DNA of 64,000 bases, from positions 96,001 through 160,000 of the forward strand of contig CAVSJV010000004.1 of the NCBI GenBank assembly GCA_963728405.1, given 5' to 3'. The first letter of the stretch is position 1; every line of letters starts with the position of its first letter. This document shows positions 53,887 to 63,615 of the stretch, piece by piece. Under the pieces are notes generated by a model. The model was not told the origin of the DNA, made no database searches, and saw nothing but the letters and a program-made list of their open reading frames with translations. This stretch comes from Methanomassiliicoccaceae archaeon. Lineage in GTDB: Archaea; Thermoplasmatota; Thermoplasmata; Methanomassiliicoccales; Methanomassiliicoccaceae. The position numbers were made by a program, and so were the translations under genes.

Positions 53887-55062
53887 ATGAAAGGTCAGGG
53901 CTCGAGCGGCCTATGGTTATTGGTGATCGGACTGATCGCGTTGTTCATGGTAGCTACGATGGTCGCCCCGGCCTTGATCGACCAGACCAAGGGGGTGACG
54001 AGCAACGGTGCCGATGATAGCGACAATGGCTCGCAGGTGCTCAAGTTCAACTCACCCATCATTGTCCTTGAGAAGAGCACGCTAGAGCAGGGGGGAAGTA
54101 CCCGTCTCACTATTCGCGCTACTCCGGAGACCCCCACCACTGAGGGCGGTGGCTCCTTCGCTTGGATTATCTCGATCGATGGGTCAAAGGGGCAGGGAGG
54201 CGATTTTTTCGTCTATTATGGCGAACAGATGGTACAGTGGTTCGCCGGTCAGAATGGGGCGATCGTGGGGATCGGTCCCCGTTTCACTCAGGGGCCGGGA
54301 GCTGCATCGGTGGAGATCTCCACCTCATTATCGGTCGTGGCCAATGCGGCCGGTAGCTTCGCCCTAAATGCCTGGGTTGCCGAGGCCAAGGACCTGGTCT
54401 CCCTAGATCCAACGATCCTACAGGCACGCAGCCCGGTGCAGTCACAGAGCTTCCAGGTTGCCGAGAAGGTCGCTATCGGTGCGACGGTGGTACAGACCCT
54501 GAGCGGACCTACCAGCGCGAAAGAGGACAGCTACGTGAAATTTACGCTCACATCTCAGGCCCATGCCACCGGGAAGTGGAAGTCCACCATAACGGACTTT
54601 ATCGCCATCACCAAGAGCGGCATCCGCTCCTCGGATGTGCTGGCCCGGGTAACGACCGACCGAGCGTCCCGGTCCATCAGCTGGACCGATTCTGGTGACC
54701 GGCTGGTGGGAACGCTTGCGTCCTCGTCGCCGTTCAAGGGCACCGAGAACTCCGAATCGGCCCAATGGACGACATCGTTCGAGCTGGAGTTCACCACTTC
54801 GGCCAATTACAAGATCGAATGTTGGTCGGTCGAATCCGGGACGGAGAAGGTGATGTCATCCACGATCTCGCACGATGTAGAGGTCAAGAAGACCATTACG
54901 ACGACCCCGGTGATCAACACAACGACACCGAGCACCAGCAATGCAACGGTCACGCCTACGGCGCCCGTGGTGAACACACCAACCCCGGCCGCCAGTAATA
55001 TGACCCCTGCCACGCCGGCGCCCACCAACGGCTCAGCAACGAACGCGACCAACAGAACCTGA
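53887..55062 (+). CDS. Secreted protein with two beta-sandwich-like domains and a Thr/Pro/Asn-rich tail
   Basis: N-terminal TM/signal; tail with NxT/S sequons. Confidence 0.78.
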   Translation: MKGQGSSGLWLLVIGLIALFMVATMVAPALIDQTKGVTSNGADDSDNGSQVLKFNSPIIVLEKSTLEQGGSTRLTIRATPETPTTEGGGSFAWIISIDGSKGQGGDFFVYYGEQMVQWFAGQNGAIVGIGPRFTQGPGAASVEISTSLSVVANAAGSFALNAWVAEAKDLVSLDPTILQARSPVQSQSFQVAEKVAIGATVVQTLSGPTSAKEDSYVKFTLTSQAHATGKWKSTITDFIAITKSGIRSSDVLARVTTDRASRSISWTDSGDRLVGTLASSSPFKGTENSESAQWTTSFELEFTTSANYKIECWSVESGTEKVMSSTISHDVEVKKTITTTPVINTTTPSTSNATVTPTAPVVNTPTPAASNMTPATPAPTNGSATNATNRT

Positions 55063-55079
55063 TGCTCGCTTGACGCGGC

Positions 55080-55763
55080 CTAGTCCTCGGACTGCATCTT
55101 CTCAGCCGATTCGATACACTTCGACAATATCGAGTACGCCTGCATCATGTCGTCCTCGCTGACGATGAAGATGGTGTCGGTGAACACGCTGACCGACTCG
55201 AGCACATTGATGCCGCCGTCGGCGAGGTTGTTGGCTAGGTAGGCGAAAACCCCGCTTGTTTCGGCAATGCGTTCGGGGGAACGGACCGATATCTCCACCA
55301 GGTCCATGCGGATCTTGACCACATTCTCCTGGCCGACCGCGTTCACCACCTCGTTCTTCAACTTCTCGTCGGCGATGATGGTTATGGCATGGGTCCCCTG
55401 GATGACCTGCATAATGGACTTGTCGTTGAACAGCTTCTTGAGAATGCTTTCCAGGCGATGAAGCACGGTCCAGTCGTTCTTGGCAGTGATGATGGCGATC
55501 TTGGTCTTGAGCTCTAGACGGGAATTGCGCAGGACCCTCAGAATGTCATTCTCGTGATCCTGGCGGCCCAGCTTGACGGCGTAGCGCCGGCAGGCGATCA
55601 TGACCGCTTCCTCGTTGCCGATGGACAGGTCCTTCATGATCAGCCTGGCCAGCGAGGAGTAGTTGATGAGGTCTTTGGAAATGCAATCCTTGACACTTGG
55701 ATGAGCATCGATATATAAGCGGGTTCGTTCTGCGATGCTCTCCTTCTGCACTTCCTTCTTCAT
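55080..55763 (-). CDS. Archaeal ACT-domain regulator-like protein
   Basis: LINYSSLAR, AVMIACRR, SPERIAETSGV..GINVLE. Confidence 0.85.
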   Translation of the reverse strand: MKKEVQKESIAERTRLYIDAHPSVKDCISKDLINYSSLARLIMKDLSIGNEEAVMIACRRYAVKLGRQDHENDILRVLRNSRLELKTKIAIITAKNDWTVLHRLESILKKLFNDKSIMQVIQGTHAITIIADEKLKNEVVNAVGQENVVKIRMDLVEISVRSPERIAETSGVFAYLANNLADGGINVLESVSVFTDTIFIVSEDDMMQAYSILSKCIESAEKMQSED

Positions 55764-55980
55764 GGGTTCGGACGAATAACGGGGTGCATTATTAAAGTTG
55801 TTACGGTGAGCGGGCCATCTGGGGAATGTAGGACGATCTGACGAGAATGTGGTCACGGTGTCGGTCGACCACCAGGCAAGGTGAGGGAGAAGCCCGAAAA
55901 AGGCGTCCGTCCTCGGCAGGGTTTGCAGAATGGTGAATGACGTCTTGGCCCCGGTCAGGCGGTCGAAAGCAGAGTGATCT

Positions 55981-56257
55981 CTGAATCGCAATCCTGTCAA
56001 GGCATCAGAGGGGGCGGGGTCTGAACGCTTACCACGGCCAATATGGGGGTGGGAATAATGGTCCGAGCTACCGATCGAAGAGATTATTCGCTTCTTCGGG
56101 CATGAGGACGACGAATTGGTTCTTAAGTCTCGATCTAGAGGACATGGGCAGTGCTAAGGGAAGGCTTGCGTCATACCAAGCCAGCACCAATTCTTCGAGA
56201 CGGGGAACTTTTTCGCATACCCTTAACAAATGGACAGAGCGGCATTTCTGCCCGTGA
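55981..56257 (+). mobile_element. Fossil tyrosine recombinase C-terminus with a degenerate tRNA-like att site
   Basis: KASEGAG..IWGWE*WSELPIEEIIRFFGHED..LK / LDLEDMGSA..LASYQ; 56231-56254 reads CGGG-CAGAAAT-GCCG-CTCTGTCCA on the minus strand. Confidence 0.5.
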
Positions 56258-56395
56258 ATCGTCCCTGTCTGAAAGAGCATGGGCTCGTTCATCATCCTAT
56301 GGGAATTTTCCAGCGTACCCACCGCTCGATCTCGTTCTCCAAAAATAACATTGTCCTGAACAATTTTATCTACATTCACTGATTATCGATCTTAC

Positions 56396-56839
56396 GTGGT
56401 GGCAAGGAAGATATTACTGGTGGAGGATGAGCTCCCTTACGCCAAGTTCATCATCGAGACGTTCGGCGAATATGAGCCGACCTTTGACATATTCCATGTC
56501 AACAGCGGTCGGGCAGCCGTAGCCCTGCTCAACAGCGGATACAAGCCTGAACTTATCCTCTCGGACATGAGGATGCCCAAGATGGGGGGGCATGAGCTTG
56601 CGACCAAGGTGAGGGCGAACCCCGCGTTCCAGGCCATCCCGTTTTACATTCTTTCGGGATCGTCCTGCGAAGAGGACGCTGGAAAAGGCCTGGAGTGCCA
56701 TGCCGACCTCCATCTTATAAAACCGAACAGCTACGCACAGGTCTTGGGCCTGGTCGAACAGATCAGAGCGGTGTTCGCTTCCGAGAGCCCGGATTGCCAA
56801 GCGGACGCTTCTATGATCGATGCATATTATTCACCCTAG
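56396..56839 (+). CDS. Stand-alone response regulator receiver
   Basis: ILLVEDE, ILSDMRMPKMGG, ILSGS, LIKP. Confidence 0.88.
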   Translation: MVARKILLVEDELPYAKFIIETFGEYEPTFDIFHVNSGRAAVALLNSGYKPELILSDMRMPKMGGHELATKVRANPAFQAIPFYILSGSSCEEDAGKGLECHADLHLIKPNSYAQVLGLVEQIRAVFASESPDCQADASMIDAYYSP

Positions 56840-56951
56840 TTGGATCGGCCGTTCGGACAGGTCCCCGACGCCCTTTCCCCCACGCACTCATTCGACCTCA
56901 TCCACATTCAACCCATCATGTGTGCTGGAGGGCAGACCATTTCCCATATCT

Positions 56952-57635
56952 TTACCAGCCAGCCAGGAACGCTAGCGTGAACACGCTGAAGCTAAGTGTC
57001 CCTAGGAACAGCGCCGCCAGCCACTTCCTCCGGTTCAGGTTACGAGCATAGGCCGCGCCGAGGATGGCAAAGAGTATCGTGGCGACCAAACGAGAAGCGT
57101 AGAGGGCCTGGGCCGGATCGGTCAAGATCAATAATGGGGCTACAAGGGGGATGACCAGAGTTGTATCGATGGCGAAGATGCCCAGAGCATAGTACCAGTC
57201 CTCACGGCCCGGATAGTATCGTTGCTTTATCGGATCATTACCGGGGGGCCCCGCAGCGATCAGGTCGAGAACTTTCTTCCGGTCCTCCACATCCAAACCC
57301 GAGGTCACCGTATCATCGAGAGCGCTAAAGGCAGCCTCACGGGAATCCTTGTCGTTCCTGCTCCTCAGGTCAAAGACCATCCGCTCGGTCCTGGCTCTCT
57401 CGATGATGTTAGTGTGCATCACCGAGATCCCGTCAATGAGCCCCCAGGCTATATTGACCACGAAGGCGACCAAGATGGCATAGGCGATTGCTCCCCGGTC
57501 CAATTCTGTGGAGCCCAGAATGCCCAATGAAACGACGACCATCCACACCGCATAGAACATCTCTCCTAGACGGTCCCCTATGGGCAGATACTTACCATAG
57601 AAGGCTCTAATTCTGGGAACCAATCTCTCGACCAT
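56952..57635 (-). CDS. VIT1/CCC1-like membrane protein
   Basis: DRLGEMFY, NIAWGLIDG; 2+3 TM layout. Confidence 0.65.
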   Translation of the reverse strand: MVERLVPRIRAFYGKYLPIGDRLGEMFYAVWMVVVSLGILGSTELDRGAIAYAILVAFVVNIAWGLIDGISVMHTNIIERARTERMVFDLRSRNDKDSREAAFSALDDTVTSGLDVEDRKKVLDLIAAGPPGNDPIKQRYYPGREDWYYALGIFAIDTTLVIPLVAPLLILTDPAQALYASRLVATILFAILGAAYARNLNRRKWLAALFLGTLSFSVFTLAFLAGW

Positions 57636-58197
57636 GGAGTCCTCAGATTATGGATGAACTTTGGAATTGGAAGGATATACATCTTTAGTAGGCAGCGTGC
57701 CCTGCCAAGGCGGACCAAAATACGCTGAGCGAGCAGGATATGGATCTATCGAGACAGTTCGGTTGACCGATCAAGCTTCGGATGGTAGGGGAATGTCCGA
57801 AGGTGTTCTCCGGAACCAAGTGCCTCCCTCATCTGAGCCAGCGCCCATTTTCCGGGAGGATGAGGCAGAGCGATGGTAAATGGTGGGCCTCATGGGCATC
57901 TGATTTCCTTCCCCGCGTTAACCTCGATGGTCGACGTCCGGGACAAGCCATTAGGTTCCATCGGGCATCAGGCCTTGGCAGGTCTAACCATTCTCATCAC
58001 AACATAGCGGCAGAGGGGCGGCCATGATGAAGATCGTAAGCTCAACCTTAGTAGCAGGAATGGCAATCCGCATGAGTCTGCTGGCGATCACCATGTCTTT
58101 CCTTGCAGGAGGGCTTGTGGGGGCCGCGATCGTTCATCATGAGAAGGACAAAATGAAAGAGAAAGATAAAAACAGAAAGGAAAAAGGAAAGTGGCCA

Positions 58198-58573
58198 TCA
58201 ACCAGAGCTAATGATGGCTATGATTCCTCCGATCATGCCCAGGGTCGAACCGATGATGTATCCTCCGCCCAGGAACAGGGCCAGTAATGAGAAGATGATG
58301 ATCGATGCACCGATAACGACATGTTGGTCCGGACTTCTGGTCAGCGCATAGGCCGATGAGTAGACGATCAGGCCCAGGATGACCAGCATGATCCCCAGGA
58401 ACAGGACGGATATGCCCACTCCCAGGCTTAACACGACAGCATAATAGATCGAGCTGAAGAATATCGCGATCAGACCCTGGAGGATGATTATGCTCCCCCC
58501 GATCACCGATAAGGTAAAACCCGCTCGCGAATAGGTCCCATGTTGCTTGATATGTTACCTTTTCCGTAGTCAT
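58198..58573 (-). CDS. Small 4-TM membrane protein; frameshift near the 5' end
   Basis: AGFTLSVIGGSIIIL..GGGYIIGSTLGMIGG; the ATG at 58573 is in a different frame. Confidence 0.65.
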
Positions 58574-58764
58574 TCTTTATACCCTCCATTTTTGTTTGTG
58601 ACTGGACATGCCAGCAATCCAAGGTCAAATTGTTAGGGGCGATGATAAATAGATAATCTAATGGAAAATCGCGATGGGGACCATTTCATTGCAGAATGTG
58701 TCGCAATGGATTCCCCGGCGGTTGATAATGCGGTTTTGAGCCCGGGGGCCCTATTTGCTCCAGA

Positions 58765-59061
58765 TCAGATAGGTCCGTTGCCGATGAACAATCCGTAGAA
58801 TATGTAAAGGACGATCGCCAGATGGATCAGTAAAAAGGCCGGTACCAGGAGGAACATGCTCTTGTGGGTCTTGTGATGGAACAGCCTCATGGCCGCAAAA
58901 GCCCCGAACGGTCCGAATAACGAGAGCACCAGCAGGCTTCTTTCTGAGGCTCTTTCCTTGCGCCTCCCCGCACTCCTCTTGTCTAAGAAGAAAGCGACGA
59001 ACGCGATGAGGTTCAGGATCAAGTAGGCGCCGATGATGAGCTCAGGCCAGGCTACCATCAT
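58765..59061 (-). CDS. DUF1294-family membrane protein
   Basis: NLIAF..DKRSA..RASERSL..FHHKT. Confidence 0.88.
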   Translation of the reverse strand: MMVAWPELIIGAYLILNLIAFVAFFLDKRSAGRRKERASERSLLVLSLFGPFGAFAAMRLFHHKTHKSMFLLVPAFLLIHLAIVLYIFYGLFIGNGPI

Positions 59062-59104
59062 CGATCCTCCTTGTCTTCGAGCATAGGGCCCATGGCGGTC
59101 CGGC

Positions 59105-60285
59105 TCATTGACCGAGGAAGCGCTTCAAGACCCCATTCAGCTCGCGGACAGATGCTTCGCTGACGATGAGCGGCGGGACCATCCTCACGACCTTTCCGCC
59201 AGATACGTTGACCAGTATGCCGTTCTTCAAGGCGAACTCCTGGAACTGCTTGGCCCGTTCGCCCATCTCCAGCCCGATCATCAGGCCCTTGCCTCGAACG
59301 TCGGTGATCTTCCCACCTTGAACTGCGATGCCCCTCAGTTCCTGGGCCCAGGAAGCGCCCAGCTCGGCCGAACGCTCCACCAGTCGCTCCTGCTTCATGG
59401 TGTCGATGACCGCCTTGGCCACCGCGCAGGCGAGAGGGTTGCCCCCGAACATGTCGTACCGTGCATGCCCGGCTTGAACGCCGAGGCAATGTCCCGCGAC
59501 GTCAAGCAAGCTCCCATGGGGAAACCGTTGCCCAGCGCCTTGGCCAGGGTCACGATGTCCGGCACGACCCGGTAGTGTTGGAACCCGAACCACTTACCGG
59601 TTCGTCCCATGCCGGTCTGGACCTCGTCAACGATGAACAATGCGCCCCGTTCGTCACATACGTCCCGAGCGGTACGGAAGAATTCGTCGCCAGCGGGGAT
59701 TATGCCCCCCTCGCCCTGGATCGGTTCACAGATCATGGCGGCGGTGTCCTTGGTGACCGCGGCCTTGAGCTGCTCCACGCTTCCGTAATCGATGAAATCA
59801 AAGGCCTTGGAGAGCAGGGGCTCGAAGCCAGCCTGGTACTTCAGCTGCCCTGTTGCGGACAGTGTCATAGAGGTCCGCCCATGGAAGGAGTTGTGAGTAG
59901 AGACGATGCGAGACCGTCCCGTCGCCTTCACCGCTAGCTTGAGGGCCGCCTCGTTCGCTTCCGCGCCGCTGTTGACGAACATGGTAGCGCTGAGAGGCGG
60001 GGGAGCCACGCTGGCCAAGGCTTCAGCGGCCTCGGCCTGCTCCTTGATGAGATATAGATTGGAAACGTGCATGAGGCGCTGCGATTGCTCGCAGATGGCC
60101 TTAGTTATCGCCGGGTGCGAATAACCGAGCGAGTTTACCGCAATGCCGGCCACCAGGTCGATGTACCGCTTCCCGTCCAGATCGTATAGGAACTCCCTCT
60201 CCCCGTGATCAAAGCAAATGTCCTGGCGTGCATAGTTCTGGAACAGGAACCTCTGGTCCAGCTCCTTTACCTTGTCCTTGTTCAT
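59105..60285 (-). CDS. argD: Acetylornithine aminotransferase; frameshift at ~59451
   Basis: NSGAEANE, EPIQGEGG, DEVQTG, LAKALG; HGTTFGGNP is restored by removing AT at 59451-52. Confidence 0.92.
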
Positions 60286-61136
60286 TTTAATCCCTTAGTG
60301 ATCTTGGTGCCACAATCCTCGCTCTTAACCAATTTGCGGACGATGGAATGAGGCTCCTTTCCGTTCAACATATATACGACCTTGACACCGCTGTGCAGGG
60401 CGGTCCTCGCTGCCTCGACCTTGGGGACCATGCCACCGGTGATCACACCGGAGGCGATGAGGGCGTCGATCTCTTGGAGGGTCGTGGAGTGGACGACCTC
60501 CTTGCTCCCCTCGCCGCCTTTCAATATCCCCGGGACGTCGCTGACCAGCACCATCTCCTCCGCTCCCGCCGCCCGGGCAACATGGGCGGCCACTGTATCG
60601 GCATTGACGTTGAACTTCCTACCGCTCTCGTCGGCGCAGATCGGATAGATGACCGGCACCACCCCTGCGGACATGATATCCTCGAGCTTGATCGGATTGA
60701 CTTGGGAGATATCGCCGACATTGCCCAGATCGACCAGCACCTCGTGGCCGTTATCGTCCCTGACCTTGATCGGCGCAATCTTGATGGCGATGATCGTGCC
60801 GTTGGCGGCGCCCGCCATCCCCCGGGCGTTGACGCCGGCGCGGACCAGCGCGTCCACGACCGTCGAGTTGATGCGGCGGAGCACTTCCTCCGCTATGGCC
60901 AGCGAGGCGTCGTCGGTGACACGCAGCCCTGCTACTTTCTTGACATTTAGGCCGCGCTTCTCCATTTCCAGTGAGATCTCCGGCCCACCGCCATGGACCA
61001 ACACCGGATCGAAGCCGGCGGCGATCAGGGAGGCGATGTCCTGGCCGAAGCGCTCCAGGTCCTCCTCGCCGCTCAGTGCGTTACCGCCGAACTTGACCAG
61101 GATGCGCTTACCCTTGAGAACCGGGACTGGAGCCAT
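60282..61136 (-). CDS. argB: Acetylglutamate kinase
   Basis: VKFGGN, VHGGGPEI, GLRVTD, NVNAD, GGMVPK. Confidence 0.96.
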   Translation of the reverse strand: MAPVPVLKGKRILVKFGGNALSGEEDLERFGQDIASLIAAGFDPVLVHGGGPEISLEMEKRGLNVKKVAGLRVTDDASLAIAEEVLRRINSTVVDALVRAGVNARGMAGAANGTIIAIKIAPIKVRDDNGHEVLVDLGNVGDISQVNPIKLEDIMSAGVVPVIYPICADESGRKFNVNADTVAAHVARAAGAEEMVLVSDVPGILKGGEGSKEVVHSTTLQEIDALIASGVITGGMVPKVEAARTALHSGVKVVYMLNGKEPHSIVRKLVKSEDCGTKITKGLK

Positions 61137-61143
61137 GCGTCAC

Positions 61144-62370
61144 CTAGGTGGTGTACTCGGCATTGATCTTCACATACTCGTAGGTGAGATCGCAGCCCCA
61201 TGCTTCGGCCTGGCCGGCGCCCACGCCAAGATCAAGGTTCATTATGATGTGGTGCTCGGACAACATCTTTCGGGCCTTTATCTCGGACTCGGAGCAGGGT
61301 TTGACCTGAGGTACGCCGCCCTCGAACAGGATGACCTCGTTGCCATTGCCACCGATGGTCAGGCGGACCTTGGAGATATCGAACTCGCTTCCTGAGTTAC
61401 CCATCGCCGCCAGCACCCGTCCGAAGTTGGGGTCGGCCCCGAAGATCGCCGTCTTGACCAGGCTGGAGGAGATAATCCATCGCCCGGTGGTCCTGGCCTC
61501 CTTATCGGTCTTCGCTCCCGATACTTTGAGCTCGATGAGCTTAGTGGCGCCTTCGCCGTCCAAAACGACCTGCTTAGCTAAGGACTGAAGTACATACAGT
61601 ACGCCGTTCCAGAATTCCTGGTTCTCGTCCGCGGGCCTTCCCCCGGCCGCACCATTGGCCATGAATACCGAGATGTCGTTGGTGCTCTGATCCCCATCAA
61701 CATTGATCATGTTAAAGCTCTTGTTGATGCAGTCTTGCCACTTCCATTCTGGGGACTTGGTCAGTACGGCGTCGGTGGTGATGAAGCTCAGCGTCGTAGC
61801 GTGGAGCGTCCTCATCGACGGAGAGATCATCCCGGAGCCCTTGGCCATGCCGGCGATGGTGACCACCGTTCCGTCCTTTAAGGTCACCTGGCAGGCGGCC
61901 TCTTTGATCGTTTTGTCGGTAGTAAGAATGGCCATGTTGGCCTTGTGATCATAATCGCGGCCGGAACCCAGTTGCTTGGCGATACTGTCGATGCCCGGAA
62001 GAAGCTTGTCCATAGGCAGGAAGCGACCGATGACGCCGGTCGATGCTACGCCGACCAGGGCGGGGCCTATACCTAAAGCCTTGGCCGCCGTTTCCGACAT
62101 CGCTACCGAGTCCTTCATTCCCTGGGGGCCGGTGATGGCATTGGCGTTGCCGCTGTTCATGACGAACGCCTGCAGCTTCTCGCTGTGGCGATGGATCATA
62201 AGCTCGATGGGGGCGGCCCGCATCTTGTTCTGAGTATAGGCGCAGGCGGCCACGGCCGGGCGGTCCGAGTATATCATGGACAGATCCAGCCGTTCCTTCT
62301 TGATGCCGCAATGAATGCCAGACGCCTTGAAACCCTTGGGGGTGGTTACCCCACCATCTATGATGTTCAT
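61144..62370 (-). CDS. argJ: Ornithine acetyltransferase
   Basis: NSGNANA, STGVIG, KGSGMI, DGDQSTND, DGEGATK, YVKINAEYTT. Confidence 0.96.
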   Translation of the reverse strand: MNIIDGGVTTPKGFKASGIHCGIKKERLDLSMIYSDRPAVAACAYTQNKMRAAPIELMIHRHSEKLQAFVMNSGNANAITGPQGMKDSVAMSETAAKALGIGPALVGVASTGVIGRFLPMDKLLPGIDSIAKQLGSGRDYDHKANMAILTTDKTIKEAACQVTLKDGTVVTIAGMAKGSGMISPSMRTLHATTLSFITTDAVLTKSPEWKWQDCINKSFNMINVDGDQSTNDISVFMANGAAGGRPADENQEFWNGVLYVLQSLAKQVVLDGEGATKLIELKVSGAKTDKEARTTGRWIISSSLVKTAIFGADPNFGRVLAAMGNSGSEFDISKVRLTIGGNGNEVILFEGGVPQVKPCSESEIKARKMLSEHHIIMNLDLGVGAGQAEAWGCDLTYEYVKINAEYTT

Positions 62371-62373
62371 CTC

Positions 62374-63393
62374 TTACACTCCTAATCCCGGGAAATCGAG
62401 ACCCACGGTCTCGTCCAATCCGAACATGATGTTCGCGTTCTGTACCGCCTGTCCTGCCGCGCCCTTGACCAGGTTGTCGAGCGCACCCATGACGACGACG
62501 GTGCTCATATCGGCCATCTCCAGCCCGACCTCGACGAAGTTTGATCCGATGGTCGAGGGGATGGAAGGGACAGACACCCGTCGGACGAACCTCCGCCCGG
62601 CGTAATATGAATCGTAGACCTGCGCCAATTCGTCCTTGCTCTTATCTTTTTTGAGAGTTACATAGCTCGTAGTGAGCATACCTCGGACGATGGGCAATAG
62701 GTGAGGCGTAAAGATTATACCCGTTGCAGTGTTGGCCACCGACTCCAGCGCCATCCTGATCTCCGGCGTATGCCGGTGCCCGACGATCTTGTACGGGGTG
62801 ATGGACGCGCCGCAGGACGGGTGATGGGTCTGCTTGCTTAGCTCCATCCCTGCACCGGAGGTGCCGCTCTTGGCGTCGATGATCACCTTGTCCTCGACGA
62901 GCTTTTTCGCCAATAAGGGGGCGAGGGACAGGACTGCGCAGGTCGGGTAGCAACCTGGGTTGGCGACCAGGTCGGCATGTGCGATAGCGTCACGGTTCAG
63001 CTCCGACATCCCGTAGACTGCCTTGGACAAGCCATCCAGGTCGGTATGGGGATGACCGTACCACTTCTCGTACATCTGAGGATCGGAAAGCCGGTAATCG
63101 CCGCTCAGGTCGATGACCTTCAGACCCCTGGCCAGCAACTCGGGAGCGAGGGCCATGGACGCCCCGTGAGGCGTGGCAAGAAAGACCAGATCATAGTCGG
63201 CGTCCTCATTCAGCTGGGCATTGAATGCCAGATCGGTAAAGCCCTTCAGAGAAGGGAGCACCTTGGACACCGGAACTCCGGCATTCTGCCTCGAGGTCAT
63301 CGCTTCCAGACGTATCTCTGGGTGACGGCACAGGATGCGCGCCAGTTCGCTGCCGGTATAGCCCGAACCTCCAATGACTGCGGCCTTGATCAT
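62374..63393 (-). CDS. argC: N-acetyl-gamma-glutamyl-phosphate reductase
   Basis: GGSGYTG, ANPGCYPT, SGTSGAG, HRHTPEI, DNLVKGAAGQA. Confidence 0.96.
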   Translation of the reverse strand: MIKAAVIGGSGYTGSELARILCRHPEIRLEAMTSRQNAGVPVSKVLPSLKGFTDLAFNAQLNEDADYDLVFLATPHGASMALAPELLARGLKVIDLSGDYRLSDPQMYEKWYGHPHTDLDGLSKAVYGMSELNRDAIAHADLVANPGCYPTCAVLSLAPLLAKKLVEDKVIIDAKSGTSGAGMELSKQTHHPSCGASITPYKIVGHRHTPEIRMALESVANTATGIIFTPHLLPIVRGMLTTSYVTLKKDKSKDELAQVYDSYYAGRRFVRRVSVPSIPSTIGSNFVEVGLEMADMSTVVVMGALDNLVKGAAGQAVQNANIMFGLDETVGLDFPGLGV

Positions 63394-63443
63394 TCCAGCT
63401 ATCCTCGTTCTTCTGTTTGAGGTCCGTTGATAAAAAGCTACCA

Positions 63444-63587
63444 ATATTAAGGATGATGACCCAAATGGGACAATCGAGTCCCTAGCTGTTGCAGAAGGGA
63501 CTATCTGGCCTAACGACTTTCCTAGGTGTCCCGGGGGAGACGAGAGGGGTGCTGTTTGTCGGAGTTCGCTCATCAATCCTTTATAAT
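63444..63587. promoter_or_regulatory. Divergent argC/argG promoters with a mirrored upstream motif
   Basis: TCATCATCC-TTAATATT on the minus strand; TCATCAATCC-TTTATAAT on the plus strand. Confidence 0.5.
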
Positions 63588-63615
63588 ACGGTCTTAGTGA
63601 ACAGGACCGATCTCA

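Noticed and set aside
58024-58287. 87-aa ORF with a Lys/Glu-rich stretch
   Set aside because: The purine run is the complement of the T-rich terminator of the minus-strand gene, which this ORF also overlaps.
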